From Phoronis australis (Eukaryota; Animalia; Phoronida), in the NCBI GenBank assembly GCA_002633005.1, contig NMRA01000321.1, positions 368,724-432,723 on the forward strand: DNA of 64,000 nucleotides. Reading direction: 5' to 3'. This document shows, piece by piece, positions 1 through 11,641 of the stretch; position 1 is the stretch's first letter; every line of letters begins with the position of its first letter. Position numbers and translations under genes: made by a program. Below the pieces are notes generated by a model. The model ran no database searches. It was given only the letters and a program-made list of their open reading frames with translations, and was not told the origin of the DNA.

Positions 1-47
1 AATGGTCGCACCAATGTCGGTGGAAATAATGTTATTGTATTCTTTAG

Positions 48-256
48 TTGAAGAAGGGTTCGTTGTCAAGAAAGCAGCTGATCTGCCATCGCCCATTGAC
101 CGCAGAATCGCCATTAAAGATAGTTACATAGGATGCTGGATTGAGACTATGAGAAAAGATTTTCAACCAACTGAAAGATGGCACGTGGGTGACGAGACAC
201 TGGCGGAGTGTTCCGCTGTCTGCGCCCGGAAAGGTTTTGCATTTGCTGCAATGAAG
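48..256 (+). CDS. Internal exon, WSC domain N-terminal half (gene begins upstream of the window)
   Basis: Acceptor tattctttAG ends at 47 and donor AAG|GTACAG starts at 257. Encodes YIGCWIETMRKDF...TLAECSAVCARKGFAFAAMK, matching the WSC pattern YxGC...T.E.C...C...G..FA. Confidence 0.8.
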
Positions 257-1543
257 GTACAGAAATGAATCTAATAGAAGCTGACGAGAAACATGCCCTG
301 TCTCAAAGTGCAGGCTCTGTATAATAAATGTCGTCATCACTAAAATAAATTTCGGAATATTTCGAACATAACAACCATACATGTTAACTTTATGTTTGCA
401 CTGTCTACTGACTTCTTTTAGTTCATGACAAGCTGTACTAAGTAATATCAATTTATTGTTAAAGCCTTGGCGTTGCGCCTGAAATTCGAAATTAATCTTA
501 AAAAGTCCATATTGAATGCATTTATTTTGAATAAAATGACATCAACAATAAATTAACAACCTTCTTTTCAGGCGTTCATTGTTCGATATTAAATTTTAAA
601 TAACGTCGTCGCATTCTTATCGTATATATGACTGGCTCAAATTGATTGCCATAAAATGTACGGAATTCACCTGCCTGTCAGCCATCCACCAAACAATACT
701 CCGTTACAACCAAATTGAAGTTGCCTGATCAAAACAATAACGAGCTGCAAGTTGTTTATGTCTTGAAATCAGTCAAAATAACTCGAACTAACGAAGTAGC
801 TGTTTGTGGTCTGAGGTTCCAACTTAAGCAAGTCTGATAAACATTAGTTGTAACATTCAATATTTATGCCTTTTGCGGAATTTAAAATACTTTTAAAACG
901 TTTTTAATTTAAAAAGAAAGTTAGATAACCGTCTTATTTACCATGTCTGCACATTATCAAGCGTTGTTTGTTCAATATGTCTGGGCTATTGTAGCCGTCA
1001 GCTTGAATTTCCTGATTCACTGTATTAGTCACACAAGACTGTAATCTGTGTTTGACTGGTTAAAGAAACGCTATTGTATGATGACATCATAAATTCCTGC
1101 CCGATACAAAAGCGTATCGGCCCATCGAACAATGTTGTGGAAAACGTGACTTTCCATAGCAGACGATGGTCCCTCACTCACGGCGAAATAATTCGTCACA
1201 TAATGATACCACGAACGCGTTCGAACGTAAATCGCAGGCAGTCTGAGAAGCGACTGTTCTTAGTTTTGAGCGCCTGGATGATTATTAAATAGTCCCGTTT
1301 TAACTTCACACCTGCTCCGAGGATGGGGTGAGGAGAAACAAAAATATTTACGGAAGCTTTGTATACAGTAGTGCGCACGTAAGCAAAGACAACTCATTCT
1401 CACCGGTCGCTAAAACGAGCTTTTGCTTTGTAATCGAAAAGCTAATTAAAAAAAATGCCTCGCCATATTACGAATACTATACCATGTCTACTGAGTGGGA
1501 CTTAGTTTGGGGATCGTTCATTTGTGTTTGTATTTTGCTTTAG

Positions 1544-1679
1544 ACTGGAAAGGAATGTATTTGTGAGATGGATATCATGGGTTACAGACCGGCAGCCATC
1601 AACAACTGCGTACAACTATGCCCTGGTGACTTCATGTCAGTTTGCGGAGGAACATTTGCAGCGAGCATTTACTTTATAG
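1544..1679 (+). CDS. Exon, WSC domain C-terminal half
   Basis: Acceptor ttttgctttAG, donor G|GTAAGT, phase-0 join to exon 48-256. Translates TGKECICEMDIMGYRPAAINNCVQLCPGDFMSVCGGTFAASIYFI (WSC ECxC...C...CPGD...CGG....Y). Not in the ORF track. Confidence 0.85.
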
Positions 1680-2646
1680 GTAAGTTAAACCTGTGAACGA
1701 CAGTCGCCAGGTGGCGACTACGCTCGGGCCTCGAGTCGAGACACTCAAAGAACTGCCAAACAACTTGACGTAGAACGGACATTTTCAGCCGATTTCATAA
1801 AGGTGGTTTGAAATTAAACCTGGTTTGAACTGCACTTTGACCAGGTTTAAAGATAATCTGTAATTCATAAAGGTGCCTTAACTTTTAGACCAGTGGTCTA
1901 GTAAAACCTGGTTTAACTCCAGTTTAGACTGGTCTATGTCAGTTTTCATTTCACCAACGAGGTCTATATTCTTTAGACCTGTATTAAGATCTTAAACTAG
2001 CTTTAACGTTAGACTTGGTCAGACCCAGGTTTAATACTATTAAATATGGCAGACTTGTACGATATAGGTGCAAATGAATGATGCTGTTGTGTGCATATAC
2101 GACACAGTTTTAGAGCGAGAACGGACTATTTTCAATTTTCAGTTTAAGGACGACACACGATCAAAAATTACAGGGGGGACCAAGAATATTTAAAGGGAGG
2201 GGGCGGATCAAGGATTCTTAAAAGGGGGGTCTGGGTCAACAATTTGAAAATTATAGATTTGATATCACTAAAATCAAGGGAAACAAGTGAGTCCGGACCT
2301 CTGGATGCGCTTGTACGTGCGTAGCAGACCAGTACGTACCGATGGATGTTCTTCGGATTCCTCAAAATATGACGGTTTGAGCAGAGCGTCATCGTCGCAA
2401 GCGCTACGCGTATGACTAAAAAGGCATATAATGATTATTCTGACCGATTTCCATCTCAACTGTTCCCCAATTTAAGGTTGCCGGGCAGGGGTCCTGCCTC
2501 ANGCAATAAATTATCTACGTAAGTTATTGTGTACTCGAGCATAGAATAAAAGACACTTATCTTGAGTTCACCCAAAAGTAGAGTAGAAAATGCCAAACCC
2601 AATTTCGAGTTCCATTTCGAGTAAAAAGATTGGAGACCGGGCCCTG

Positions 2647-3062
2647 GGCCCGGTCTCCAATCTTCAAAAAAAAGTTTTTACTCGAAATGGAACTCGAAAT
2701 TAGGTTTGGCATTTTCTACTCTACTTTTGGGCGAACTCAAGATAAGTGTCTTTTATCCTATGCTCGAGTACACAAAAACTTACGTAGATGATTTATTGCC
2801 CTTAGTTCACAGTTTGTAAACCCAAAATTTGTAAAGCAATAAGTTCGAGTTTGAACTCGAAATTTCGAGTTTTTCCTCGAGTTTGTAGCACGAATATAAG
2901 GGTCTTCAAGTGCAAACTTGAACTAGAAACTCCTATGCATAAACTATAATGTATTCGAGCACAGTCTGATAACCAATTATCTTAAGTTCACACAAAAGGG
3001 GCAGAGAAATTGCCAAAAATAGTTTCGAGTTCGTTTCGAGTACAAAGATTAGAGACCGGGCC
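2647..3062. mobile_element. Harbinger-type MITE (GGCCCGGTCTC TIR, CTG TSD)
   Basis: TIRs GGCCCGGTCTCCAATCTT / AAGATTAGAGACCGGGCC, flanked by CTG on both sides. Right-end copies at 42916-43098 and about 63255-63406. Confidence 0.8.
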
Positions 3063-3779
3063 CTGGTCTATGTCAGTTTTCACTTCACCAACGAGGTCTA
3101 TATTCTTTAGACCTGTATTACGATATTAAGATCTTAAACTAGCTTTAACTTTAGGCTTAGTCAGACCCAGGTTTAATACTATTAAATATGGCAGACTTGT
3201 AAGATATAGGAGCAAATGAATGATGCTGTGGTGTGCATTTACGACGCAGTTTCAGAGCGAGAACGGACTATTTTCAATTTTCAGTTTTAGGACGACACAC
3301 GATCAAACATTACAGGGGGGATCAAGAATATTTAAAGGGAGGGAGGCAGATCAAGGATTTTTAAAAGGGGGGGTCTGGTTCAACAATTTGAAAATTATAG
3401 ATTTGATATCACTAAAATCAAGAGAAACAAGTGAGTCCGGACTTCTGGATGCGCCTGTACGTGCGTAGCAGACCAGTACGTACCGATGGATGTTCTTCGG
3501 ATTCCTCAGAATATGACGGTTCGAGCAGTCATCGTCGCAAGCGCTACGCGTATGACAAAAAAGGCATGTACTGTGCCCTGGTCCCCCTAACTTAAAATCC
3601 TGAATCCGCCCTTGAGCCCCCTTTTGGTCGCAAATAATTAAAATGACATGGAAATAAATGTGTGCATTTACTATGTTACGAGAGCAAGTACTTTAATCAC
3701 AGATTTGAAATGAAAAACATTTCCTCATGATTTCCTGGATCTGCCAAATTTTTCACTGATGAAATTTTCTTTCTGTCCT

Positions 3780-3966
3780 TTATTCTGGAGCAATATCTCT
3801 CCAAGCGTGCTGCTTACGCTGACTTGATTTGGCGCCAAATTTCTTGTTCTTGACTATGACGTTGGCTTTTTCTCTGATCAGTATGGGAGGAAACATATTT
3901 CCTCGTAAGAAAAGCCTTTAAACCCTTTTTCGCAAATGTCTGCACTGATTCTATTGCTGTTTGCCA
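3780..3966 (-). pseudogene. Frameshifted Myb/SANT-like (MSANTD-type) Harbinger accessory gene remnant
   Basis: Manual translation across one frameshift gives MANSN...GFSYEEICFL/ILIREKANVIVKNKKFGAKSSQRKQHAWRDIAPE*, matching the FS..E...L.....I.NKK......K..AW..IA pattern. Confidence 0.65.
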
Positions 3967-4907
3967 TTTTGTACCCACGTGATCAAGGTTTCGTTGAAAT
4001 ACTTCAATATTTTCTTTGTCGGGTTAATCCGGATCAACGCAGTACGGTAGCTTGGATACTTTAAACCTGGTTTTACTAAACCCGCTTTATGGTGTAACAA
4101 AACCAGGCTTTCATATTTTTAAACCATGTTGGTGAAATGCTAGTTAGGTTTAAAATTATACCAGTTTTAGGAAGACCAGGTTTAAGTCTTAAACCGGCCT
4201 GGTTTTGTTAAACCACCTTTATTATGAATTCGGCTATTTATGTGCCCGTTCGAAATTAATTCGGCAAAAAACGTTTTAAATTGAAATTGAAAAAGAAATG
4301 CAACATGAATTACTTATTGAAGCAGACGAAATGAAGCTCAGTTAATGAAAAGCATAACAAATGCTCACTTCGCCTTGCTAGATTTGATGATGTCACAATG
4401 ATCCCCTGCTCTTTTCGCGGACTCCATACTAGTAGCGGCCCGCCAGCTGTGGTAGCATGTGTCGATAACTCTTACCAGATATCACTGGAAACATAATACA
4501 CACTAGTCATTAGTGTGGGCATTTTACAACGTAAATCGAGACCGCTCAAAAAGAATCCTACTTTGACACTTTAGCCAGTCAATTGTCTAACTCGACCGGT
4601 TTGCTTACCTCAGAATCTGCCGGTTTAGATCAGAAAAACCATGATGTTGTGCTGGGGTGTTGATGTTATAGTTCCCTAAATAATGAGACCCATCATAAGC
4701 ACATTGGGGGTGACAAAATATTTTTAAATTTTCGTCTTGAAAGTTTGTAAGTAGTAAGTAGCATAATTTATTTGAATACTTTGGGAAAGAACACGTGATT
4801 ATAGGTTTCTAGTGGATTTTGAAAATTGGATACGAAACGTGACTTTTACAATTGGAAACGTTTATCTAATGTTGCAATAATATGCTCCTTGTTAACTGTG
4901 TGTGCAG

Positions 4908-4969
4908 TATACCACAACTACTACAACATCAGGCGGCAGCTGGAGTTTGAATTAAGCCAAGTGTCATAA
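4908..4969 (+). CDS. Candidate short alternative terminal exon for the WSC gene
   Basis: tgtgtgCAG acceptor is phase-1 compatible with donor 1679 and gives VYHNYYNIRRQLEFELSQVS*. AATAAA at 5209-5214. No homology support. Confidence 0.3.
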
Positions 4970-5844
4970 TACAATTCTTGGCATGTCGTTCTGTGTACGT
5001 CGCCATGCACTGTCTTGGGCTACAGTCGGCAGTTTTCGTGTTATGTACCGCTGCCACCGAGGTGGAGGTGAAGGTCATTTACTGGGATGCATTTTATACC
5101 AAGCCAAAATGAATTTGCTTACGGAGCATCACCTTTTATACGTGAATGCACTTTAGCGGCTGTGGTACCGCATAACCATGAAGACAAGATTTATTTCAAG
5201 TGTATGCCAATAAACGACGAAATACTCTAATCTTCACTTTCAAACAATTCCTTTTGAATGTCAAATCAAACTTTTTGAGGTGAGAAACCATGATAACGAT
5301 TGATTTTTGTCCAACTCTCCATTATGTCGTGGTGTTACGTACTGCAGAGCACGAAATCATGCGGGGCTTACAAGACTTCTTGCTGCTTCCGCCACGTGTC
5401 GTGCATGACCGATACGCGAAGCTATGCAAACATTATCCGACTTCCGCTGCCCCGTTGCACATTAGGGAACTTAGAAAGTGGGCTTCGGTTGTATATGTTT
5501 GGAAAACACGTTCATTACAGAGGTTGTACTGATTAAGACTCGGTGCATGACGAAAGTAACTGTTCTATAGTTTCTGGCATTGAACAGCGTCGGGCAAATT
5601 CCCCAGAATCTCTCTCGTTCCTCAGTTGTCACCGACCAGCTTGACTGTCCGCACGTCAGTGCACTGAGTTTGGTCTTCTCCAGTATAATTTCGATTTCCC
5701 TGCCACTTAATATTTCTCACGTGTAATTTTGAAGTCACAGTTTGCCGCCTTGCCCACCAGTAAATGTTTCCCCATGTACTCACACCCAACCCTTGAGTCT
5801 CTTTGAAATTGTGTCCTTAGAAAAATCTGTATTATGATTACTAG

Positions 5845-5998
5845 GCAATCAAGAAAAGAGGACCAACGCAAGTAAGGTACACATCCTAGCGTACCATAGG
5901 ACGGGCTCTAGTTTTGTTGGTGAAATATTCAGACGGTATCCAGGGTCATTCTACATATATGAGCCGTTCTGGCCACTTGCCGTAGACGGGAACAGCAT
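5845..5998 (+). CDS. Carbohydrate sulfotransferase (CHST1/3/4/5-like) exon with 5'-PSB loop
   Basis: Translates KVHILAYHRTGSSFVGEIFRRYPGSFYIYEPFW (family motif R[S/T]GSSF.G..F...P..FY..EP). The donor AT|GTAAGT joins 7315 in phase 2. Not in the ORF track. Confidence 0.88.
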
Positions 5999-6729
5999 GT
6001 AAGTATATTTTGAAGCGACATAGTCACCAAATACTAAACTTGCAGTCTTTTGCACGTGATAAAATTTTATTATTCTGTGGTGTAACACTGGACAAAACAA
6101 CAGTGTGCAATGTATGACCAGGACGTGCGTTCTGGTCTTGCGCGTGCCTAGCCACCACCAAGGCATCACGCAGTGGCACGCGCTTTAGCATTGGTTGATG
6201 TAACCTCTGTAGTCATTGGTTGGCTTTAAAACACCGTGAAAAAATGCCGGACTGTGAACGATTTTTAGCCTTGTCATGCAAGTGACGTCGCAGCAACTAT
6301 TTCGTTTCTGCAGTAATGTTTAATACCCGCGGGCTTGAAGCACATACATGCACAATAAACACTGTGGGCCGATTTAACCGGTTATTCATACTGTACATGT
6401 ATGAATACAAGACAGTATCGTAAACAAAAGTCATCGACAGTAGAAAGATGCACTTCGAAAAGGCGCACTCACAATTTCTAGGATTCACATTTCCTGATCA
6501 TAAATTTTAAGCACCGATTTGTCTGTACACCAGACCACATTTACCCTTCAGTCCATCAATCATGCCAGTTTGTTTGCGTAAAGCGCTGCCTGTTGAGAAT
6601 TCTGCTAGCCAATCAGGAACGCAGGTGTAAAAATTCCCGAGGATAATTAAGGGTACCTGCGTGATGGCTACTGACCACCTAGCGGCATGTAGGGAACCAG
6701 CGAGGTGCGTTCTGTTGAGGGGAGAATCG

Positions 6730-6982
6730 ATCGGTTTGCCAATTGGGTGAACGTTACGTACATGTACGTAACTTACGTGTCTAGGCCTAGGTTAATTCTT
6801 GTTAGAGGCGTATTGTAACTGTTTGCGGCGTAAAGTAATTACTTTGCGCCTCAAAAAATTACATGTACTTGACGCCTCAAATAATTGTTTCACGCCTCTA
6901 AATAATAACTTAATACGCCTCTAACAAAATTAACTTAGACAGGTAAGTCACTAGCGTAAAGTTCACCCACTTGGAAAAGGAT
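6730..6982. mobile_element. MITE, same family as 22791-22990
   Basis: Degenerate TIRs (TTGCCAATTGGGTGAACGTTACG / CGTAAAGTTCACCCACTTGG) and a shared internal TTTGCGGCGTAAAGTAAT. Confidence 0.6.
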
Positions 6983-7314
6983 AAGAATCTCACGAGGGCG
7001 CAAATAAAATGTACATGACGTCGCTATTAATTACAATCTAAGCACGTGATTACAATGGCTTTCTCAGCAAACAGTATCCCGCTCATCAATTCAAAACTGT
7101 CGCTATACAGTGGTTTTGCAGGCTATGGTCAAACTGCTTTTCACAGTTGAATAAACATGTTGGTAATTCTTAAACAAAAGTTACAGTGTATGTTTAATGT
7201 AATTATGATTTCTTGGATTATTAACAGTGGAGGCCTAGGAATTTCAAAGCACTTTAATTGTATCATTGTGGAAGAATTAGATACTTATCTGACTTGTATT
7301 TTCTACAATTTCAG

Positions 7315-8167
7315 GAGGTGTAGTGACTGCAGCCAACAAGCTGCTGTTGCCATTGGACAGTTGCTGAACTGTCAATTCTTCAATCTGTCGCCAACATTTT
7401 TATTTCGACTTCGGCGGTTTATAAGTGATAAAAGATTGTACACGGATTACGACCCGATAAGCAAGTTTATTCAATGTACGAACGCATATGCTGACCAAAG
7501 AGAAAAGATCTCGTCAATGGCCTGCATACAGCTTTTAAAGTTTTACTGTGAAAAGTCAAAACTCAGAATAGTTAAAACGGTGCGTTTACAACTAAACAGT
7601 GTAACAGAACTGCTGAATGGATTAGATCCCGGCGTTAAAACAATTCACTTAGTCAGGGACCCACGACCCACCTTGATTTCGCAGGAACGTCTTCAGCTTC
7701 TTGTTGGAGGTTTTGTTACCGATGGTATTGCGCACTGCACAGACATGTCGGCTAACATGATTGCATCACAAAGGCTTAGTTTAGAAGACAAGTTTTATTT
7801 CTTACGTTACGAGGACTTGGCAGAACGTCCGGTAGATGTCACTAGATCATTGTACCGATTTGTCGACGTGGAGCCTGAGGCAAATTTGTCAACTTGGTTG
7901 AAGAGTGTAACGCAAAGCGGGGCGAGACTGAATATTGGTTACGTTGGACCGCTGAAAGTTGATGCGCGCTACAAAGCGAGCGAATGGAAACTTTATTTTA
8001 AATCTAAGACAAAGGAATTGACGTATATTCAGAAGCATTGCTCCAAAGCCATGGAAATGTGTGGTTACAAAGTTATCGACTCCTCCCAACTAGGAAATAT
8101 TAACTTGCCTACCACAGAAAATAGCTCCATGAAATTTATGCATACCAGCATGAACACAGAAAGATAA
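7315..8167 (+). CDS. Carbohydrate sulfotransferase (CHST1/3/4/5-like) terminal exon
   Basis: Acceptor ttctacaatttCAG at 7314 lies inside ORF 7157-8167. Motifs LLNC.F, IVKTVR, IHLVRDPR (3'-PB), LRYEDLAERP and C..AM...GY are present. Stop at 8165-8167. Confidence 0.9.
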
Positions 8168-8822
8168 AATAGTCTGGCCTACTATACCACAGTGACACCA
8201 GTGTTTGCAGACAATAATTCTGGAGCGAACAACCAAGGATCCTGGCCTGGGCATAAAAGTACATTTTTGCCCTATCACTCCAGCACTGCAAAAGCGTGTG
8301 AGTAATAGCACAATATATTATGTACACCGTGCTAGCGGACACGGCTGATCGACTAGTCCGCAAACAGGGTTTCTACTCTTTTCAAATTCTCACTAGAGTG
8401 TATGACCAGTACGATGATGCAAAGTTCGTCTCACACCTACGCAACAATTCCCCAAATGCTCAGTTCAGAGCATCGGAGTTGCCGTACCCTGAGTTGATGT
8501 TTCTATATTTATTGTACCTAGTCTCTATGGTGACTATAAAGTCCCACCATTTTAAGATCACGAAAATATATGGGATTAATTCCACAATTTTTGTGTAACC
8601 TAAGGATCAAAGAGTTACCACCATGACCCTGTCTCAAGAATTTTATTAATACAACTTAAGAGATAGCCTTTAATATACCTGTTGCCCTACACTGAGCCAA
8701 AGATTTTTAAAATGTTTTTTCTTTTATCGGGTTGTACGTAATGGGTCTCCGCCGTACTTGTTTTTACCAGTGCGAAACTGAGAAGTTGTGAGGAAAGTCC
8801 ATGGAGAGTCGCCTCTTTCAGA

Positions 8823-9254
8823 CATAAAAGGTGCGTTTGTGGAGGCTGTAGTAACAGCAAATTGACTGAGATCGTATCAGTGCTGTAGTGGGCGTAGGCG
8901 CACGTAGGCGCAGCCAACCACCTTTTGGCATTTTATCAAGTTGAACGAAGCGCCTTCGCAGCGTAATTAAGTTACTTTCAGTGCTCGAGGTGATACGGTG
9001 GGCTTTGCATGGGCGCCTACTTACCTCTAATATTACCACTTCAGCACTGTAACGTATCTATGTTTAAGTTTCCGAAATACGACGTGAAAGTGACACAGAA
9101 ATGGCATCGGCTTGTGCGCCGCACGAGAGTGTGGAGTGTCAGTGGGGAACATGCGATTCAGTCGGCGGCCAGATTTTGTTTGGCACATTTCAAGGAATCG
9201 TGTCTCGACCAAATACAAAAACGGCACTACGAAGAAGGACTCGACACTTTGTAA
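8823..9254 (+). pseudogene. THAP zinc-finger domain relic interrupted by a MITE
   Basis: Removing 8878-9057 restores RCVCGGCSNSKLTEIVSMFKFPKYDVKVTQKWHRLVRRTRVW...RFCLAHFKESC, a C2CH THAP signature with conserved FP, W and HF. Confidence 0.8.
8878..9049. mobile_element. hAT-type MITE (CAGTGCTGTAGTG TIR, 8-bp TSD)
   Basis: TIRs CAGTGCTGTAGTG / CACTTCAGCACTG. Imperfect TSD GATCGTAT/TAACGTAT. Sister copies at 18805-18957 and 48284-48435. Confidence 0.8.
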
Positions 9255-10952
9255 GTATATTTGCAAAAATTTCATAAATAACAAACACACTGCTTCCATT
9301 CTAGCTAGGCTACGTGATGACAGACCCTCGACGGACCCAGGCCCACATCGAGTGCTACGACACTGACGTAGCTAGCTTATGCATTGTTTTCATGGTGGAC
9401 TCATTACAAGTGTTTATGTTGTGAATGTTGACTAGTTGGGTGTGGCTCACATGCGTCTGCATCATTTCTCGTGCAAGTGCGTCGAGTTAGTCATACGGCG
9501 TGTTCGCTTCGTGGGAAAGGCGAATTCATTGTCTGATTCTTCAAGTATTGAGTGTGATGCCCGTATCCACTCTCCTCTCTGTCTTCACAATAATTGTACA
9601 GTTGTCGCTCAAAATCGTCCTCGTTTTCTGCTCTGCTGTGTTCCGCCATTGCAACTGATTGTCAAGTGACCACACGTCTTCCACCTACATGTATATAGAT
9701 CATTTTGCGGGAACTTGGAAATTGCATTTTTTCTCTTCAAACTTAAAAAATGGTGACTCTTAATTGTCATACAAAGTGCTTATTTAGTCATATTACCGAA
9801 CTGGAACTTCGAAAAACTAAGATAAATGCATGGAGGGAGCTCTTTAATGAATACTCTTGGTGGGAAGTTACTTGTATCATGTTGTCCACTCCTATTGGCA
9901 AACACCAACACTACACAGTGAGTACAGTACACCACATGCACCCGGTCAGCACTTGTGGTTTCAGTAGTGATACACTGGGGATCGGAAATTTAAGTGAATC
10001 AACAAAGCACGCAGCTCATGGATAATTTCAAGGCACCAAGCGAATTTTTTCAGAATTCGTGTCGTAATGCAAAAAACATCGCTTGAAAAATACACAGGAT
10101 CAGTTCCACCAATTACCATATGGGAACGGCACAGTTGTGCATTTGTGTGTCCAAGGTAACGTCTTATACGCATGACTAATCAATGTTTTGGTCAGAGGAT
10201 AATTTACCAAAGCAATGGCTGCTCCAGCAGTGTCTGTCCAAAGATCATTTGCCACTGATAAACGGATTTGATAAAGCACTTTGACATGTAATGCCAGGCT
10301 AATTTAACCCAGTGTAAAACGAGTAACACATTTGCCGTATTTGAACAAACGTTAAACGATTATTTGAATTGAAATGCATACGTCACACTTCAATTCCCAG
10401 TACAGGTATTTGAAACATCTTCGGTGAGTACGTTTTTCAACGCACTATTCCGTAAAACGGAGAAACATACCACCATTTTCTAAACTGCAATCTCAAAGGG
10501 ACAGCATTAACAGGCAAAGAAATATTCAGTTCGTGGTAAATTTAACTGGAGTGTGCTTTTTATTTTCCAACTGAAAACGTGACATCAGAGGTTAGATATC
10601 CGGCACGCACCTTCATAATCCAACCTCACGTGTCCAGTAAATCACAATAAAGTAGTATAAAACTATATCAAAAGCATATTAAAGTTAACATGTTTAAGAA
10701 GCCACAATTCCAACTCCAAAAGCTACCAGCAAAACGTCTTCATTCACCAATAAAAATCCAGTGGTCAGACGTTACGCTGGATGGTTTCAAAAAACAATTA
10801 TTTTTTATGACAGTAGGATCAGCAGTACATAGCTGCAATCAAATTTTAACTTTATCAAACGCCTTTGAGAGACGCATCAACCCGCCAATAATGTACACTA
10901 ATTTTAATGTCTCTGAGACTCGTCTATCCGCGTTGAACTTGATGTGCAGCGC

Positions 10953-11204
10953 TCAACAGATATACGCCAACACTGAACTTAAATACAGCAGCGCCACAAA
11001 AGACAGACGCGTCCCAGTGTTACCACTACACTCCTCCTGCTCGCTCAACTTCACAGAGTTGCACTCGTTCGTTTTACAGCAGCGCGAGCATATGCCGGTC
11101 GCGGCGTACTGGAACGTATCTGATGAACATGTGTCCTGGTTAAAATATTCGGTGTCTCTATTACATCCTCTTACATGCTTGCTGTCTTTAGCATCGTAAT
11201 AAGT
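10953..11204 (-). CDS. Ly6/uPAR three-finger GPI protein, last exon
   Basis: Acceptor tgcttgCAG. Encodes VRGC...TC...ICSRCCKTNECN (LU CCxxxxCN motif), then a small-residue omega region and hydrophobic tail LSFVALLYLSSVLAYIC*. Confidence 0.88.
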   Translation of the reverse strand, partial: TYYDAKDSKHVRGCNRDTEYFNQDTCSSDTFQYAATGICSRCCKTNECNSVKLSEQEECSGNTGTRLSFVALLYLSSVLAYIC

Positions 11205-11314
11205 CTGCAAGCAAAACATTTAGTTATACTAAACGCAAAAATCGTCAATAAACACGGTGAACATGTATTTACTGTATGATGACTTTGAAGTTCACATTTT
11301 ACACTGTACAGTGT

Positions 11315-11641
11315 CATAGGCGGACTTAGGGGGGTGGGGGGATGCCCCCCCCCTTGGCTGCCGGAAGAAAATTGAAACAGCAATACAGCGTGAAGCGTGA
11401 GGAAATACTGAGGAAGGTAGGACCGGTAGCGGACGAAGGGGAAGAAATAAACGTTCCCGTTTATTTTATTTTTCTTTATTTTTTTAGTCCACTGATAGAA
11501 TTTCTGTACAGAGTGTCTATATCCTCGGTCCCCTCAGCTTTCGGGCCGCCTGTATGCATGTCCAATCGAGCTTTTGATTAATTTCCCGAGGATGTTGCCC
11601 CCCCTTATGGTATCCTACATGTACATGTAGATCCGCCACTG
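11315..11641. mobile_element. MITE with CA(G/T)NGGCGGA termini and 5-bp TSD
   Basis: CATAGGCGGA...TCCGCCACTG flanked by AGTGT on both sides. Confidence 0.65.

Larger units (their letters stand above)
1787..4235. mobile_element. Internally deleted PIF/Harbinger transposon with nested insertions
   Basis: Imperfect TIRs AGCCGATTTCATAAAGGTGGTTT / AAACCACCTTTATTATGAATTCGGCT. Contains a Myb/SANT-like relic on the - strand (about 3780-3966) and a possible transposase N-terminus relic on the + strand (about 2047). No clean TSD. Confidence 0.7.

Noticed and set aside
5290-5536. Two overlapping ORFs as the sulfotransferase first exon
   Set aside because: No hydrophobic signal anchor, and only a weak donor (AGAG|GTTGTA).
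7157-7314. N-terminal 52 aa of the 336-aa ORF
   Set aside because: Intronic read-through. The true exon starts at acceptor 7314 and joins exon 5845-5998.
10690-11199. 169-aa + strand ORF
   Set aside because: Antisense shadow of the Ly6 last exon and 3'UTR.
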